The notes beneath the pieces were generated by a model. The model saw nothing but the letters and a program-made list of their open reading frames with translations, was not told where the DNA came from and made no database searches. A stretch of 64,000 nucleotides of DNA from positions 3,451 through 67,450 of the forward strand of contig CAITNQ010000344.1 of assembly GCA_903893785.1 (NCBI GenBank), in the 5' to 3' direction. The stretch is from an uncultured Gemmatimonadota bacterium. Its GTDB lineage: Bacteria; Latescibacterota; UBA2968; UBA8231. Shown here in pieces: positions 36,848-46,344 of the stretch. Every line of letters starts with the position of its first letter. The first letter of the stretch is position 1. Position numbers and translations under genes: made by a program.

Positions 36848-36953
36848 CCCGGCCCGGCCCGGGCTGCGGCGCGGGGGTAGCATTCGGCCCCACCGCTCCG
36901 ATCGCCTGATCCGGGCCGCTGCCGACGCCGGGCCGCCTCCCGGCGGGCACGCC

Positions 36954-38366
36954 TCAGGAAGCGAAGAGTTCGGCCACAGTCTCCACGGCCGCGTCGACGA
37001 TCTGCTCCAGACTACCGGGCGCCAGTTTGGCCCAGTACGTGCACTCGCGGTTGGCTTCGTGGCCGTAGCGCTCGTAGGCCGCCCGCGGGGGCACGTACCC
37101 CACGTAGTGCGAGGTCATGTGGACCACTTGGGTGAACGGCGCCGGGGACCGCAGCTTGATGGCTAGCTGGCCTTCAGTGAACGGTTCGCCAGGCAAGAAA
37201 ACCAGCGCTGCGTCGCCCAGCCGCACCACCTGCAGTTCGTACTGAAAAGCCGGCATGCGTCGGCGGCAGCATTCGATGCTGCGCGTCGAGGCGGCGGCGA
37301 ACCACTCCCAGGTGACCCATTCCGGATTGTCGCTGCGGTAGGTGGGCGACGGACTGGCGTTGAGCACCCGTTCCACCTCGGCCAGGCGTTCGGCCGGTAC
37401 GTCGCGGTAGGACAGTGCCAGTGACCGCGAGCGGCATCGCAGCGTGTCAACGCCGGCGAAAGACATGCTGGGCACAGCCTGGCAGGACGTCCGCGTCAAC
37501 TCAGCGCCCATGCGCCGATGGTCCGGCACGAACTCGGGGTCAAAGGGATCCCATGGGTTGACATTGCCGCAGGCGCCGTTGAGCACCAGCGGCACGCACC
37601 GGGATCCATAGGCCTGTTGCATGCCGGCGCTCCAGGCCCCGGGCCAGTCGGCCGACACCGCGTGGTATGTATGCCGGTGGCTGAACACATTGACCGGGTG
37701 GCAGGTGTAAAAGAGCAGCAGACTGGCCAGGCTGAGGTCGTCTTCGCGCAGGCCCAGGATGCCCACCTCCGGGTCCGCCGGCCCCTCCATATGGAGCAGT
37801 TCGGTCGGCCCCAATGGTTGCGCGCGTCGGCCGGCGGGCCACGGCATGACCGCCTCCCCTTGTCTGCTGATGCCGCGCCGGTTGAACGCCAGGTCGTGCC
37901 GCACCGCGCGAGCCCAGCCCATCTGTACCGGCCGCAGCGCGGCCAGTGCCCGACCGATGGCGTCCACGGCCTGGTCAGCCGCAAAGCGGTAGTAGGTGGG
38001 ATCGCCGCCGCGCATGTATTCGCGCTCGGGTGGCAGCTCCAGGGGGAAATCCGGGTCCAGCATGAAATGGCCCAGGGAGGGCGCGGAGTGGGTTTGCACC
38101 GCGTGGACAACAATGGCGGCCGGGTTCAGGCCGTAGCGGCTGGCAGCCGTGGCCCTGACCTGATCGACCCAGTCAGCGGCGATGATCACCAGGTCCAGCG
38201 CCACGATGCAGACCCGTTGCTCGCCGGCCTCCAGCACCAGAGCCTTGGCATACAGCGGATCCAGAACCGACTGGGCCGGCCGGTGTTCACCCATGCCGCT
38301 GCCGCCCAGATGGGTCCCGGCCCGTGGGGTAATGGCCGCCATCGCGGCCCCTGCGCGCAGCATCAT
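36954..38366 (-). CDS. Neutral/alkaline ceramidase-like hydrolase (N-terminal-domain family)
   Basis: ORF 36954..38366, with GGGAGG upstream. Motifs: ITPRAGTHLGGSG..DPLYAKALVLEAGEQRVCIVALDLV..HAVQTHSAP. Confidence 0.6.
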   Translation of the reverse strand: MMLRAGAAMAAITPRAGTHLGGSGMGEHRPAQSVLDPLYAKALVLEAGEQRVCIVALDLVIIAADWVDQVRATAASRYGLNPAAIVVHAVQTHSAPSLGHFMLDPDFPLELPPEREYMRGGDPTYYRFAADQAVDAIGRALAALRPVQMGWARAVRHDLAFNRRGISRQGEAVMPWPAGRRAQPLGPTELLHMEGPADPEVGILGLREDDLSLASLLLFYTCHPVNVFSHRHTYHAVSADWPGAWSAGMQQAYGSRCVPLVLNGACGNVNPWDPFDPEFVPDHRRMGAELTRTSCQAVPSMSFAGVDTLRCRSRSLALSYRDVPAERLAEVERVLNASPSPTYRSDNPEWVTWEWFAAASTRSIECCRRRMPAFQYELQVVRLGDAALVFLPGEPFTEGQLAIKLRSPAPFTQVVHMTSHYVGYVPPRAAYERYGHEANRECTYWAKLAPGSLEQIVDAAVETVAELFAS

Positions 38367-38459
38367 GAATCCTCCCGGAAGCGGCCGCGGTGCCCCGCCG
38401 GGGCGGCGGCCGGTGCAGAGCTAACGTCGGCGACCGCTGTGCCGACCTGTCGGGCCAGA

Positions 38460-40358
38460 TTAGCGCGCGCCCGTGGTCGTCAATACGGGCAGTTCCAGGT
38501 AACTGGCCGCGGTTGGCTCGTGGTGCACCCGATGCACGGCGGACCGGAAATCTTCTGGTCGGGCCCAGGCGATGGACTCGACGAAGGTCTGCGGATTGCG
38601 GTCGTACAGTGGGAACCAGGTGCTCTGGACCTGGACCATCAACCGGTGACCGGGCAGGAAAGTGTGGTGCACATGGGGCAGGCTCAGACGATAGGGCAGC
38701 ACCTGGCCCGCGGGAACCGGTCGGGCCAGATCCGGCCGTTCGCGGTATCGGCCGCGCATGATGTCGCCGGCCACCATCAGTTGGTACCCGCCCATCTCGG
38801 GGCAGGACGGCACCTCGGGGGGATACTCGTCGATGAGCTTGACCACCCAGTCTGCGTCGGTGCCGGTGGTGGCCGCGAACAGGGTGGCCACCACCGGTCC
38901 GGCCAGGGTCAGTGGCTGGGCCAGCGGCGCGCTGGCGAAGGCCAGGACATCCGGCCGGTCGGCAAAGGGACGTTGGTCATCCACCAGCCACCGACCCCAG
39001 GTACCGCCCAGGGGCAATACCGGGCGCACTCGATAGGGCACGGGCTTGGCCGGGTCCGAGACGAACTCGGTGTGGCCGGCGCCAGGGCCCGGGGCAGCGA
39101 AATCCAGGCCGCCGTGCGGCTGCAGGAAGAGAGCGCGCGTCCTGGCGCCGCTGGCCGGTGGCCAGGCACGGTACCGGCGCCACTGGTTGCCACCGGTCTC
39201 AAAAGCCAGCACGCGCGGCAGAGGCGAACGGGGCTTTGTCTGCTTGAGGTGCAGATCCCAGAAGGGCTTGAGCACGTCGCGCCGGAATTGGCCGGCGGTA
39301 TCGGCGCCCCACTGCATCTGGCCCAGTGCCGAGCCCTCGCCCTGGCTCTGGCCGTGGCACCAGGGGCCGATCACCAGATGCGTGTGTCGGCCCCGCGGGT
39401 CGCCCGCGGCCAGCGCCGCGAACTGCGCCGGTGCGCCGTAGATATCCTCCTGGTCAAACAGGCTGTGCACCGTCAACACCGGCACAGCGCACGGCTGCTG
39501 CGCCTGCCGACGGTCCAGCGCTTGGTCCTGCCAGTAGGCGTCATAGGCCGGGTGGTCGATGATGCGCTTCCATGCCGGCAGCCTGTCCACGCCGTAGCGT
39601 CGGCCCAACTCGCCCACGGAACCAGCCGCCAGCACCGCGCTGTACTGATCGCGGTATCCCCAGGGCACACCCCGGCTGCCGTCCTTGGTGGTGGTCTGCC
39701 GGTACAGGTAGTCGAACATGATCAGGCGCAGGGCCCCGTGATGGTAGAAGTCGTCGCCCATCCACGAGTCCACCATCGGGTTGATGGGGACGGCCGCTTT
39801 GAGCGCCGGGTGGGGGTCGAGGAGGGCCATGAGGGTGAGCATGCCGTCGTAGGAGACACCCGTTATGCCGACGCGGCCGTTGCTGCCCTGCAGCCGGGTC
39901 GCCAACCACTCGATGGTGTCCCAGGCATCGGTAACCTGGTCGACCTTGCCGGCGTTGAAGGGACCACGCACCGGCATGGTAACCGTGTACCGCCCCTGCG
40001 AGCGGTAACGGCCGCGGACATCCTGATACACGCGGATGTAGCCGTCGCGAACCAGGTCTTCGTCGGCGGTCGGCAGGACCATGGCCAGGTCCGGGCTGTC
40101 GGTTCGCGCGGCGCGTTTGGCGGCGCCGTACGGCGTCCGGGTAAGGATCACCGGCAGGGGTCCCGGGGGCTGCCGCGGCACCAGTGCCAAGGTAAAGAGC
40201 TTCACTCCGTCGCGCATCGGCACCATGGTTTCGATGCGCTCGTAGTTGTCGTGCGCTGCGGGCGCGACAAAACGGCGCGGGACATCACCCAGGCGCGTCA
40301 CGTCCTCACCTGGAATCTCCTGGGCGGCGGCGCGCCGGGGCGCCGTTCTTGGGGCCAT
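38460..40358 (-). CDS. CocE/NonD-family (peptidase S15, X-Pro dipeptidyl-peptidase-like) hydrolase
   Basis: Part of ORF 38460..40511, from the internal ATG 40358. Motifs: VPMRDGVKLFTLALVP; LTRTPYG; GRVGITGVSYDGMLT; C-terminal ..HRLMVQVQSTWFPLYDRNPQ. Confidence 0.85.
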   Translation of the reverse strand: MAPRTAPRRAAAQEIPGEDVTRLGDVPRRFVAPAAHDNYERIETMVPMRDGVKLFTLALVPRQPPGPLPVILTRTPYGAAKRAARTDSPDLAMVLPTADEDLVRDGYIRVYQDVRGRYRSQGRYTVTMPVRGPFNAGKVDQVTDAWDTIEWLATRLQGSNGRVGITGVSYDGMLTLMALLDPHPALKAAVPINPMVDSWMGDDFYHHGALRLIMFDYLYRQTTTKDGSRGVPWGYRDQYSAVLAAGSVGELGRRYGVDRLPAWKRIIDHPAYDAYWQDQALDRRQAQQPCAVPVLTVHSLFDQEDIYGAPAQFAALAAGDPRGRHTHLVIGPWCHGQSQGEGSALGQMQWGADTAGQFRRDVLKPFWDLHLKQTKPRSPLPRVLAFETGGNQWRRYRAWPPASGARTRALFLQPHGGLDFAAPGPGAGHTEFVSDPAKPVPYRVRPVLPLGGTWGRWLVDDQRPFADRPDVLAFASAPLAQPLTLAGPVVATLFAATTGTDADWVVKLIDEYPPEVPSCPEMGGYQLMVAGDIMRGRYRERPDLARPVPAGQVLPYRLSLPHVHHTFLPGHRLMVQVQSTWFPLYDRNPQTFVESIAWARPEDFRSAVHRVHHEPTAASYLELPVLTTTGAR

Positions 40359-40559
40359 CGCCTGCCATCCTCTCGAGGTGGGTGGGCCAGGGCGGCGTGC
40401 CAGGGGCCACCGTGGTTGACCCGGCGTGTGGTCTCGTCGGCCGGCCGGGCCGTTCCCTAAGGTAGAGCACGCCCGGGCTGCCGGCGACGCTACCATTGAC
40501 TTCGGCCGCACGGCCCCCTAGCGTCGGAGACCCCCCCGCCGCGTGCGTCACCCTGACGA

Positions 40560-42620
40560 GTGTCCCCGATGCCGGATCGCGACCTGCTGCAGCGCTTCAT
40601 CACTAGCTTCACGCGCGCCATCGCCGGCGAGATGGAGGCTATGCGCGACCAGTTCGGGCCTTACGAAGTGCCCCTGGGGAGCGGGCGTCCTGCCGGGCGC
40701 GACGACGGTCAGGCCGAACCCGGCTGGCTCTTCGACTTCCCACTGCGGGGTGCGGCCGAACGCTTGGCTGTGGGGCTGGAATGCGCCCTGCGCACGGACC
40801 GCACGGAGATCATGGTAACCCTGACCCGGCTGGCCCCTGACGGACTGCAGTTGCGCACGGCACAGCCCATTGACCCCGTGAGCCCTGACCTGGTGTTGGT
40901 TCTGTACCCCTGGTTCCTGTATGAACGCCTGCTGGCCTGCCTGGAAGAGCTTCCCGACACCGCCGGCCTGTTCCCGGACAGCAGCCTGCGGCTGTTCGGC
41001 CACGGTCCGGTGCACGATGACCGCCAACCCCTGCAGCTGGACCACGAGGGCCTCAATCCCAGCCAGTTGCGTGCCGTGACGGTCTGCACGCAGCGCGACC
41101 TGGCTTTCGTCTGGGGACCCCCCGGCACCGGCAAGACCCGCACGCTGGCGCACGTGGTGATCGAGCTGCTGGCTCGGGGTGAGCGCCTGCTGATTACCTC
41201 AACAACGAATGCTGCCGTAGATCAGGCGCTGGCCCAGTTGGCGGCCCTGCCGGGCGCGATTCCGTACCTCGAGCGGGGGGAGATGGTGCGCCTGGGACCG
41301 GGCACACCCGGCAGCCACGTGGCCACGGTGGAGGCGGTGCGTCAACGGCGGGCAGCGCCGCCGCAGGAGCAGTGCGGTCGCTGGCGCGCGCGCCTGGAGC
41401 GGGTCAACGAGCGACTGCGCGCTGGCCTGCTGCTGCGCGATTACCTGGCCGAGCCGGGGCCCACCCGCCAGTTGGAGCTCTTCGCCGCGCCGACGGCTCG
41501 GCCGACGCCACCGCCGCCCCTGGCAACTGGGTTCCGCGGTCAGTACCTGGAGCGCCTTACCGCTCTTGAGCCCCCGCTCCAGCAGACCTGGGTCCGGCAC
41601 CGTCTGGCACGGTTGGACGCCCTGGCGGCGCAGTGTCGCGAGCGCCTGGGCGCGGCCGAGGCGCAGCTGCGTCAGGTCGAGAACGAGGTGGTACCGAAAG
41701 CGCGTGTGGTGCTGGCGACCATGGCCCATGTGTACCTCAACCGCTTGCTGGCGCGCGAGCGCTTCGACGCGGTCATCGTCGAAGAGGCCGCCATGGCGGT
41801 GCTGCCGGTGCTGTTCTGCTGCGCCGCGCTGGCGGCAGGTCGAGTCGTCTTGGTGGGCGATCCCCAGCAGTTGCCGGCCATCGTGCAGTCGCGGCAGGCC
41901 TATGTGCGGCGGGCCATGGCGCGCAGCATCTTCGCCGTGCGGGTCCCCGACCCGGCCGCGGACGACCTGGTGGTGATGCTGGACGAGCAGTACCGCATGC
42001 ACCCGGCCATTGGCCAGCTGGTCAGCGATACCTTCTACGGTGGGCGTCTGCGCCACGGGGTCACGGCAGCAGCGCGCCAGACGTGCGTCGAGCGACGGCC
42101 GTTCGCCGGTCAGGCCCTGGTCGTGGTCGACACCGCAGGGCAGGGCGCCTGCGCCACCGCCAGCGGCTCCTACTCGCGCTGGAATGCGGTTACCGCCGCG
42201 CTCTGCGTCCAGTTGGCGCAGCAGGCTATCCATGACGGCATGGAGTCGGTTGCCGTCATCACTCCGTACGCCGAACAGGCGCGCCTGGTGCGCCAACGGC
42301 TGGGCCAGACCACGGCCGTCGCGAGCCGGATCGAGTGCAGCACCGTGCACCGCTTCCAGGGCCAGGAGCGCGACTGCATCATCCTTGACACGGTCGACAG
42401 CGAACCACTGGCGCCCGGGGTGCTGCTGGCCGGCCAGGGTCCCGACACCGAGGCGGCCCAACTGCTCAACGTCAGTGTGTCGCGGGCCCGCGGCAAGTTG
42501 GTACTGTTGGCCGATGTAGCATACTTCCGGCGGCGGGCGCCCAACAGCGCCATCAGCGCCCTGCTGGAGCGGGCGCTGATGGCCGGTTACCTTGTCCAGG
42601 CCGCGGGCCTTGCCTGTTGA
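40560..42620 (+). CDS. Superfamily-1 helicase of the Upf1/Dna2-like (AAA_11/AAA_12) type with an unassigned ~190-aa N-terminal domain
   Basis: ORF 40560..42620 (GTG 40560 or ATG 40569). Motifs: VWGPPGTGKTRT; TSTTNAAVDQ; VIVEEAAM; LVGDPQQLPAIV; LDEQYRMHPAI; TVHRFQGQERDCIILD; LNVSVSRARGKLVLL. Confidence 0.85.
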   Translation: MSPMPDRDLLQRFITSFTRAIAGEMEAMRDQFGPYEVPLGSGRPAGRDDGQAEPGWLFDFPLRGAAERLAVGLECALRTDRTEIMVTLTRLAPDGLQLRTAQPIDPVSPDLVLVLYPWFLYERLLACLEELPDTAGLFPDSSLRLFGHGPVHDDRQPLQLDHEGLNPSQLRAVTVCTQRDLAFVWGPPGTGKTRTLAHVVIELLARGERLLITSTTNAAVDQALAQLAALPGAIPYLERGEMVRLGPGTPGSHVATVEAVRQRRAAPPQEQCGRWRARLERVNERLRAGLLLRDYLAEPGPTRQLELFAAPTARPTPPPPLATGFRGQYLERLTALEPPLQQTWVRHRLARLDALAAQCRERLGAAEAQLRQVENEVVPKARVVLATMAHVYLNRLLARERFDAVIVEEAAMAVLPVLFCCAALAAGRVVLVGDPQQLPAIVQSRQAYVRRAMARSIFAVRVPDPAADDLVVMLDEQYRMHPAIGQLVSDTFYGGRLRHGVTAAARQTCVERRPFAGQALVVVDTAGQGACATASGSYSRWNAVTAALCVQLAQQAIHDGMESVAVITPYAEQARLVRQRLGQTTAVASRIECSTVHRFQGQERDCIILDTVDSEPLAPGVLLAGQGPDTEAAQLLNVSVSRARGKLVLLADVAYFRRRAPNSAISALLERALMAGYLVQAAGLAC

Positions 42621-42643
42621 GGCCGCGGCTTTGGCTCCCTGAG

Positions 42644-43669
42644 CTAACCGCGCAGGCGGACCAGGGCTTTGGGCGACACGCGGGCGCGGACCGCGGCGAA
42701 AGCCTCGTCGATCCGGGCTAGCGGCCAGACCTGACCCGGGTCATACCACAGCGCCGGATCGAGCTGCCCTTGCATGACCCACTCGGACACCCGCTGATGG
42801 GTCTCGGCCTCGTCGTAGCTGCAGGGCATGTCGGTGAAGTCGCCGCGGGCCAGGGCGCGGTTCAGGGTGATCTTGCCCACGTCATCGACCCCGTAGGTCC
42901 CGTACCGACCGCCGGGTTTGAGGCAGGCCAGGACCCGGTCGCCGTTGCCGATGCGGCCGACCGCGTCGATGATGAAATCGAAACCCTCGGGATGGGCTGC
43001 ATTCAGGGCCTCGGCCAGGTCGGGTCGCCGGTAGTCCAGGTACACGCCCACGCCGGCCTGCCTGCGGGCCGGCGCTTCAGCGTACGCGGCGCCGGCCATG
43101 GCCACCAGACCTGCACCCAGCAGGGAGGCGTGACGCGCATAGGCCAAGCCATTGCCGCCTGAGCCGAGGACCAGCAGGCTGGCTCCGGCAGCGAACCCCA
43201 GACGCGTCAGGTACGACAGGGTTTCCCGCCAGGTGGTGAACATCGGTGCCGTTGTCGCCGGCACGCCGCACGGCACCACCTGGTTCCACCGCGATCCCTG
43301 CCACTGATCGGCCGGCACGCCGTCGGCGCACATGGCCCAGTGATCGCGCGCCAACCCGAACTCAGCAAAACCGCCCCAGGTGACCGAGTAGCCACCGGCC
43401 GGCGGCGTACCGACGCGGGTCACCAGATCGCCCAGGCGGTAGTGACGCACCTTGGCGCCCACGCGGACCACGCGGCCGACGGATTCGTGCCCGAGTACCG
43501 TGGGCAACGGCGATGTCCACGGGAACGAGCCATCGATGATGTGGCTGTCGGTGCCGGTGCAGGTAGCGCCGAAGAGCAGCTCGCACAGCGCGTCGTACTC
43601 CCCCGGGCGCGGTTCAGGCATGTCCTCCACGCACAGTTGGCCAGGACCGCGGACGACGGCAGCTTTCAT
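42644..43669 (-). CDS. Zinc-binding dehydrogenase (MDR family)
   Basis: Part of ORF 42644..43939, from the internal ATG 43669 (GGAG upstream). Motifs: MKAAVVRGPGQLCVEDMPEP; CTGTDSHI; GHESVGRVV; VLGSGGNGL. Confidence 0.8.
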   Translation of the reverse strand: MKAAVVRGPGQLCVEDMPEPRPGEYDALCELLFGATCTGTDSHIIDGSFPWTSPLPTVLGHESVGRVVRVGAKVRHYRLGDLVTRVGTPPAGGYSVTWGGFAEFGLARDHWAMCADGVPADQWQGSRWNQVVPCGVPATTAPMFTTWRETLSYLTRLGFAAGASLLVLGSGGNGLAYARHASLLGAGLVAMAGAAYAEAPARRQAGVGVYLDYRRPDLAEALNAAHPEGFDFIIDAVGRIGNGDRVLACLKPGGRYGTYGVDDVGKITLNRALARGDFTDMPCSYDEAETHQRVSEWVMQGQLDPALWYDPGQVWPLARIDEAFAAVRARVSPKALVRLRG

Positions 43670-43758
43670 GGGCAGGGCTCCAGGGTATCGGATGGAGGCG
43701 CGCCAGGCCGGTTCGCGGCGGCCGCGCCTGGGGCACTGCCCGGCCCGCAACCGGTGGG

Positions 43759-43953
43759 TCAGGCAGTGCCGACGCCGGCCGGGGGGGCCAGCTTCGCCAC
43801 CAGGCCGTTCAGCACCTCGCGACGGTGTCGCAGCAGTTGGCGGAACTCGGCGTGGTCCGTGTGGTGAATCTCTACTTCCAGCGCAGCCAGGCGGTGCTGC
43901 AGCACCTGCTGCAACACGTCCGCTTCTTCCCAGGTGCACTCGAGCTGTGCCAT
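43759..43953 (-). CDS. Small (64 aa) helical hypothetical protein upstream of the dehydrogenase
   Basis: Internal ATG 43953 of ORF 43759..44172, preceded by GAGGAGG at 6 nt. Sequence: MAQLECTWEEADVLQQVLQHRLAALEVEIHHTDHAEFRQLLRHRREVLNGLVAKL. Confidence 0.45.
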   Translation of the reverse strand: MAQLECTWEEADVLQQVLQHRLAALEVEIHHTDHAEFRQLLRHRREVLNGLVAKLAPPAGVGTA

Positions 43954-44079
43954 GGCGGCCTCCTCGTGCCAGCCGCAGCTGCAGCCCGGAACCGGGCGTG
44001 AGCCGGCCGGCGCATCGTCACCATTGAACGTACTCAGGCGGTCCGGTGTCTTCAACCGCACCGGGAGCGCGGCAACGGC

Positions 44080-44143
44080 GGGCGGACATCGCGGCCCGTT
44101 GGGGAGGCGGCCGGCCTGGCGTCGGCCTGATGCGGTGGCGGCC
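44080..44143. repeat. 64-nt dispersed direct repeat, copy 1
   Basis: Sequence GGGCGGACATCGCGGCCCGTTGGGGAGGCGGCCGGCCTGGCGTCGGCCTGATGCGGTGGCGGCC. 60/64 identical to 44266-44329 (hand alignment). Confidence 0.8.
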
Positions 44144-44265
44144 CAGTACCTGGTGGGGACGGGCGGCCCCAACGGCGGTTGGCGGCAGGGGCGTGGTCAC
44201 GGGGCAGCCTGACGGGACGGCGGCCTGGCTGGCTGATGAACCGCTGCCTGGACCTGGCCGGACCC

Positions 44266-44329
44266 GGGCGGACATCGCGGCCCGTTGGGGAGGCAGTCGG
44301 CCTGGCGTCAGCCTGATGCGGGGGCGGCC
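44266..44329. repeat. 64-nt dispersed direct repeat, copy 2 (186 nt downstream of copy 1)
   Basis: See 44080-44143. Confidence 0.8.
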
Positions 44330-44443
44330 TGGCGGGATGGTGACCGACCGCCGGCCCTGCCGCCGGCAGGCGTCGGCGCGTACCTTGCCATGGTGCCCGG
44401 AAGAAAGTGGGATCCATGCCCTGCCCTCGTCAAGGAGCCTGAC

Positions 44444-45442
44444 GTGAAAGTCCTCTTCATCGGCGGTACCGGTGTGATCAGCACGGCCTGCACACGCCTG
44501 GCTGCGGCCCGTGGTATTGAGGTGACCCTGCTCAATCGCGGTCGGCGTGGTGTCGACCTGCCGGCGGGTGTGCGCCAGCTGCAGGTGGACATCACGGACG
44601 CGGCGGCCGTGGCCCGGGCTCTGGCCGGCGAGCGTTTCGACAGCGTGGTCGACTGGATCGCGTACGACGTGCCTGATATCGAGCGCGACCTGGCTTGGTT
44701 CGGCGAGCGCACCGACCAGTTCGTATTCATCAGCTCGGCTTCGGCGTACCAGAAGCCGCCTACCCAGTTCGTCATCACCGAGTCAACGCCGCTGGCCAAT
44801 CCGTTCTGGGAGTATTCGCGCCGCAAGATCGCCTGCGAAGATCGGTTGCTGCGCGCCTACCGGGAGACGGGGTTCCCCTGCACCGTCGTCCGCCCTTCCC
44901 ATACCTATGGCCCGACGATGCTGCCCACGGCCGTGGGCGGCGGGCCGACCGTGTTGGCGCGTCTGCGACAGGGCCGGCCGGTGGTTGTGCACGGCGACGG
45001 CGAGTCCCTTTGGGTGCTGACCCACAACAGCGACTTCGCCAAAGGACTTGTCGGCCTGCTGGGCCAGCCCGCATCGGTGGGACACGCCTTCCACATCACC
45101 TCAGACCAGGTGCTCACCTGGAACCAGATCTACCGGCAGATCGGGCGCGCAGCCGGGGTGGAGCCACAGCTGGTGCACCTGCCCTCGACATTCATCGCTC
45201 GCCTCGACCCGGTTACCGGCGCCGGCCTGTTGGGTGACAAAGCCATCAGCGTGGTGTTCGACAACACCAAGATCAAGCGTCTGGTGCCGGACTTTGTCTG
45301 CACGGTGCCCTTTGCCCGCGGTGTTGAGGAATGTGTTGCCTGGCTCGATGCCGACCCCGAGCGCGGCCAACCGGATGCCCAGCGCGACCAGCTGCTGGAC
45401 CGTCTGGTGGCGGCCTGGGAACGCAGTTCGACGGCCACCTGA
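44444..45442 (+). CDS. NAD-dependent epimerase/dehydratase family protein
   Basis: Part of ORF 44285..45442, from GTG 44444 (AAGGAG 6 nt upstream). Motifs: VKVLFIGGTGVIS; FISSASAYQKP; YSRRKIACE. Confidence 0.85.
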   Translation: MKVLFIGGTGVISTACTRLAAARGIEVTLLNRGRRGVDLPAGVRQLQVDITDAAAVARALAGERFDSVVDWIAYDVPDIERDLAWFGERTDQFVFISSASAYQKPPTQFVITESTPLANPFWEYSRRKIACEDRLLRAYRETGFPCTVVRPSHTYGPTMLPTAVGGGPTVLARLRQGRPVVVHGDGESLWVLTHNSDFAKGLVGLLGQPASVGHAFHITSDQVLTWNQIYRQIGRAAGVEPQLVHLPSTFIARLDPVTGAGLLGDKAISVVFDNTKIKRLVPDFVCTVPFARGVEECVAWLDADPERGQPDAQRDQLLDRLVAAWERSSTAT

Positions 45443-45452
45443 GAAGGACCCG

Positions 45453-46223
45453 ATGCGTTTTGCCCCGCCCTTGGTCGAGGGCTGCTTCCAGCGCCGGTAC
45501 CAGCGTTTCTTCGCCGACGTCGAGCTGGCCGACGGGACGGTGGTCGTGGCCCATGTACCCAACACCGGGGCCATGCTCGGGGCCATGCGACCCGGATGCC
45601 CGTGTCGGTTGTCCCGCCACGACGAGCCGCGGCGCCGGCTGCGCTGGACGCTGGAGATGCTCCGCCCGGGACGCGTTTGGGTTGGGGTTAACACCGCGGC
45701 GGCCAACGGTCTGGTCAGGGAAGCCTTCACCTCCGGCCGGGTGGCGTCGTGGCAGGGTTATGACCGCATCGAGGCCGAGGTCGCTAGTGGACCCGGTACC
45801 CGCTTTGACTTTGTGATGTGGCAGTCGCGACCGGGGCTCCGCACGCGCGCCGAGGTGCGCGCGGCGGCGCTGGCCGGCGTGGGTGGCCTGCTTTGGGTTG
45901 AGGTGAAGAACGTCAGCCTGGTGGACCAGGGAGCGGCGCTGTTCCCCGACGCTCCGTCTGCACGGGCTGCCAAACACGCGCGCGAGCTGGCCGCCCAGGT
46001 ACAGGCAGGGCAGACCGCCGAGGTAGTCTTCACCGTGCAGCGGGCCGACGCTCGCTGTTGGCGTCCGGCCGATGCCATCGATCCGGCCTATGGCCAGGCC
46101 CTGCGCCGGGCGGTGGCCGCCGGGGTGCGCCTGTCGGCGTACCGCTGTCGAGTGGAGCGCCAGGGCCTTTGGCTTACCGCCGCGCCCCTGCCCGTGGAAC
46201 TGGCTCTACCTCAGCCCTGTTGA
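45453..46223 (+). CDS. sfsA: Sugar fermentation stimulation protein A homologue
   Basis: Part of ORF 45048..46223, from ATG 45453. Motifs: MRFAPPLVEGCFQRRYQRFFADVELADGTVVVAHVPNTG; WVEVKNVSL; FPDAPSARAAKHARELA. Confidence 0.85.
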   Translation: MRFAPPLVEGCFQRRYQRFFADVELADGTVVVAHVPNTGAMLGAMRPGCPCRLSRHDEPRRRLRWTLEMLRPGRVWVGVNTAAANGLVREAFTSGRVASWQGYDRIEAEVASGPGTRFDFVMWQSRPGLRTRAEVRAAALAGVGGLLWVEVKNVSLVDQGAALFPDAPSARAAKHARELAAQVQAGQTAEVVFTVQRADARCWRPADAIDPAYGQALRRAVAAGVRLSAYRCRVERQGLWLTAAPLPVELALPQPC

Positions 46224-46344
46224 GGAGCGCGGAACCGATCGCCAGCGTGGGCCGGGGCGGACGCTGTTGGCGCTCCAGCCTGACGCCGGGCCCGGCGTCG
46301 TGCCACCGCCCGTGCGGAGAGGCAGCGCGCCCGAGCCCGTCGGT

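Noticed and set aside
44046-44447. 133-aa ORF with the internally repeated peptide RADIAARWGG.RPGV.LMR
   Set aside because: The repetition simply reflects the 64-nt DNA direct repeat. The composition is R/G/P/A-rich, there is no RBS, and the real epimerase gene starts at GTG 44444 in another context.
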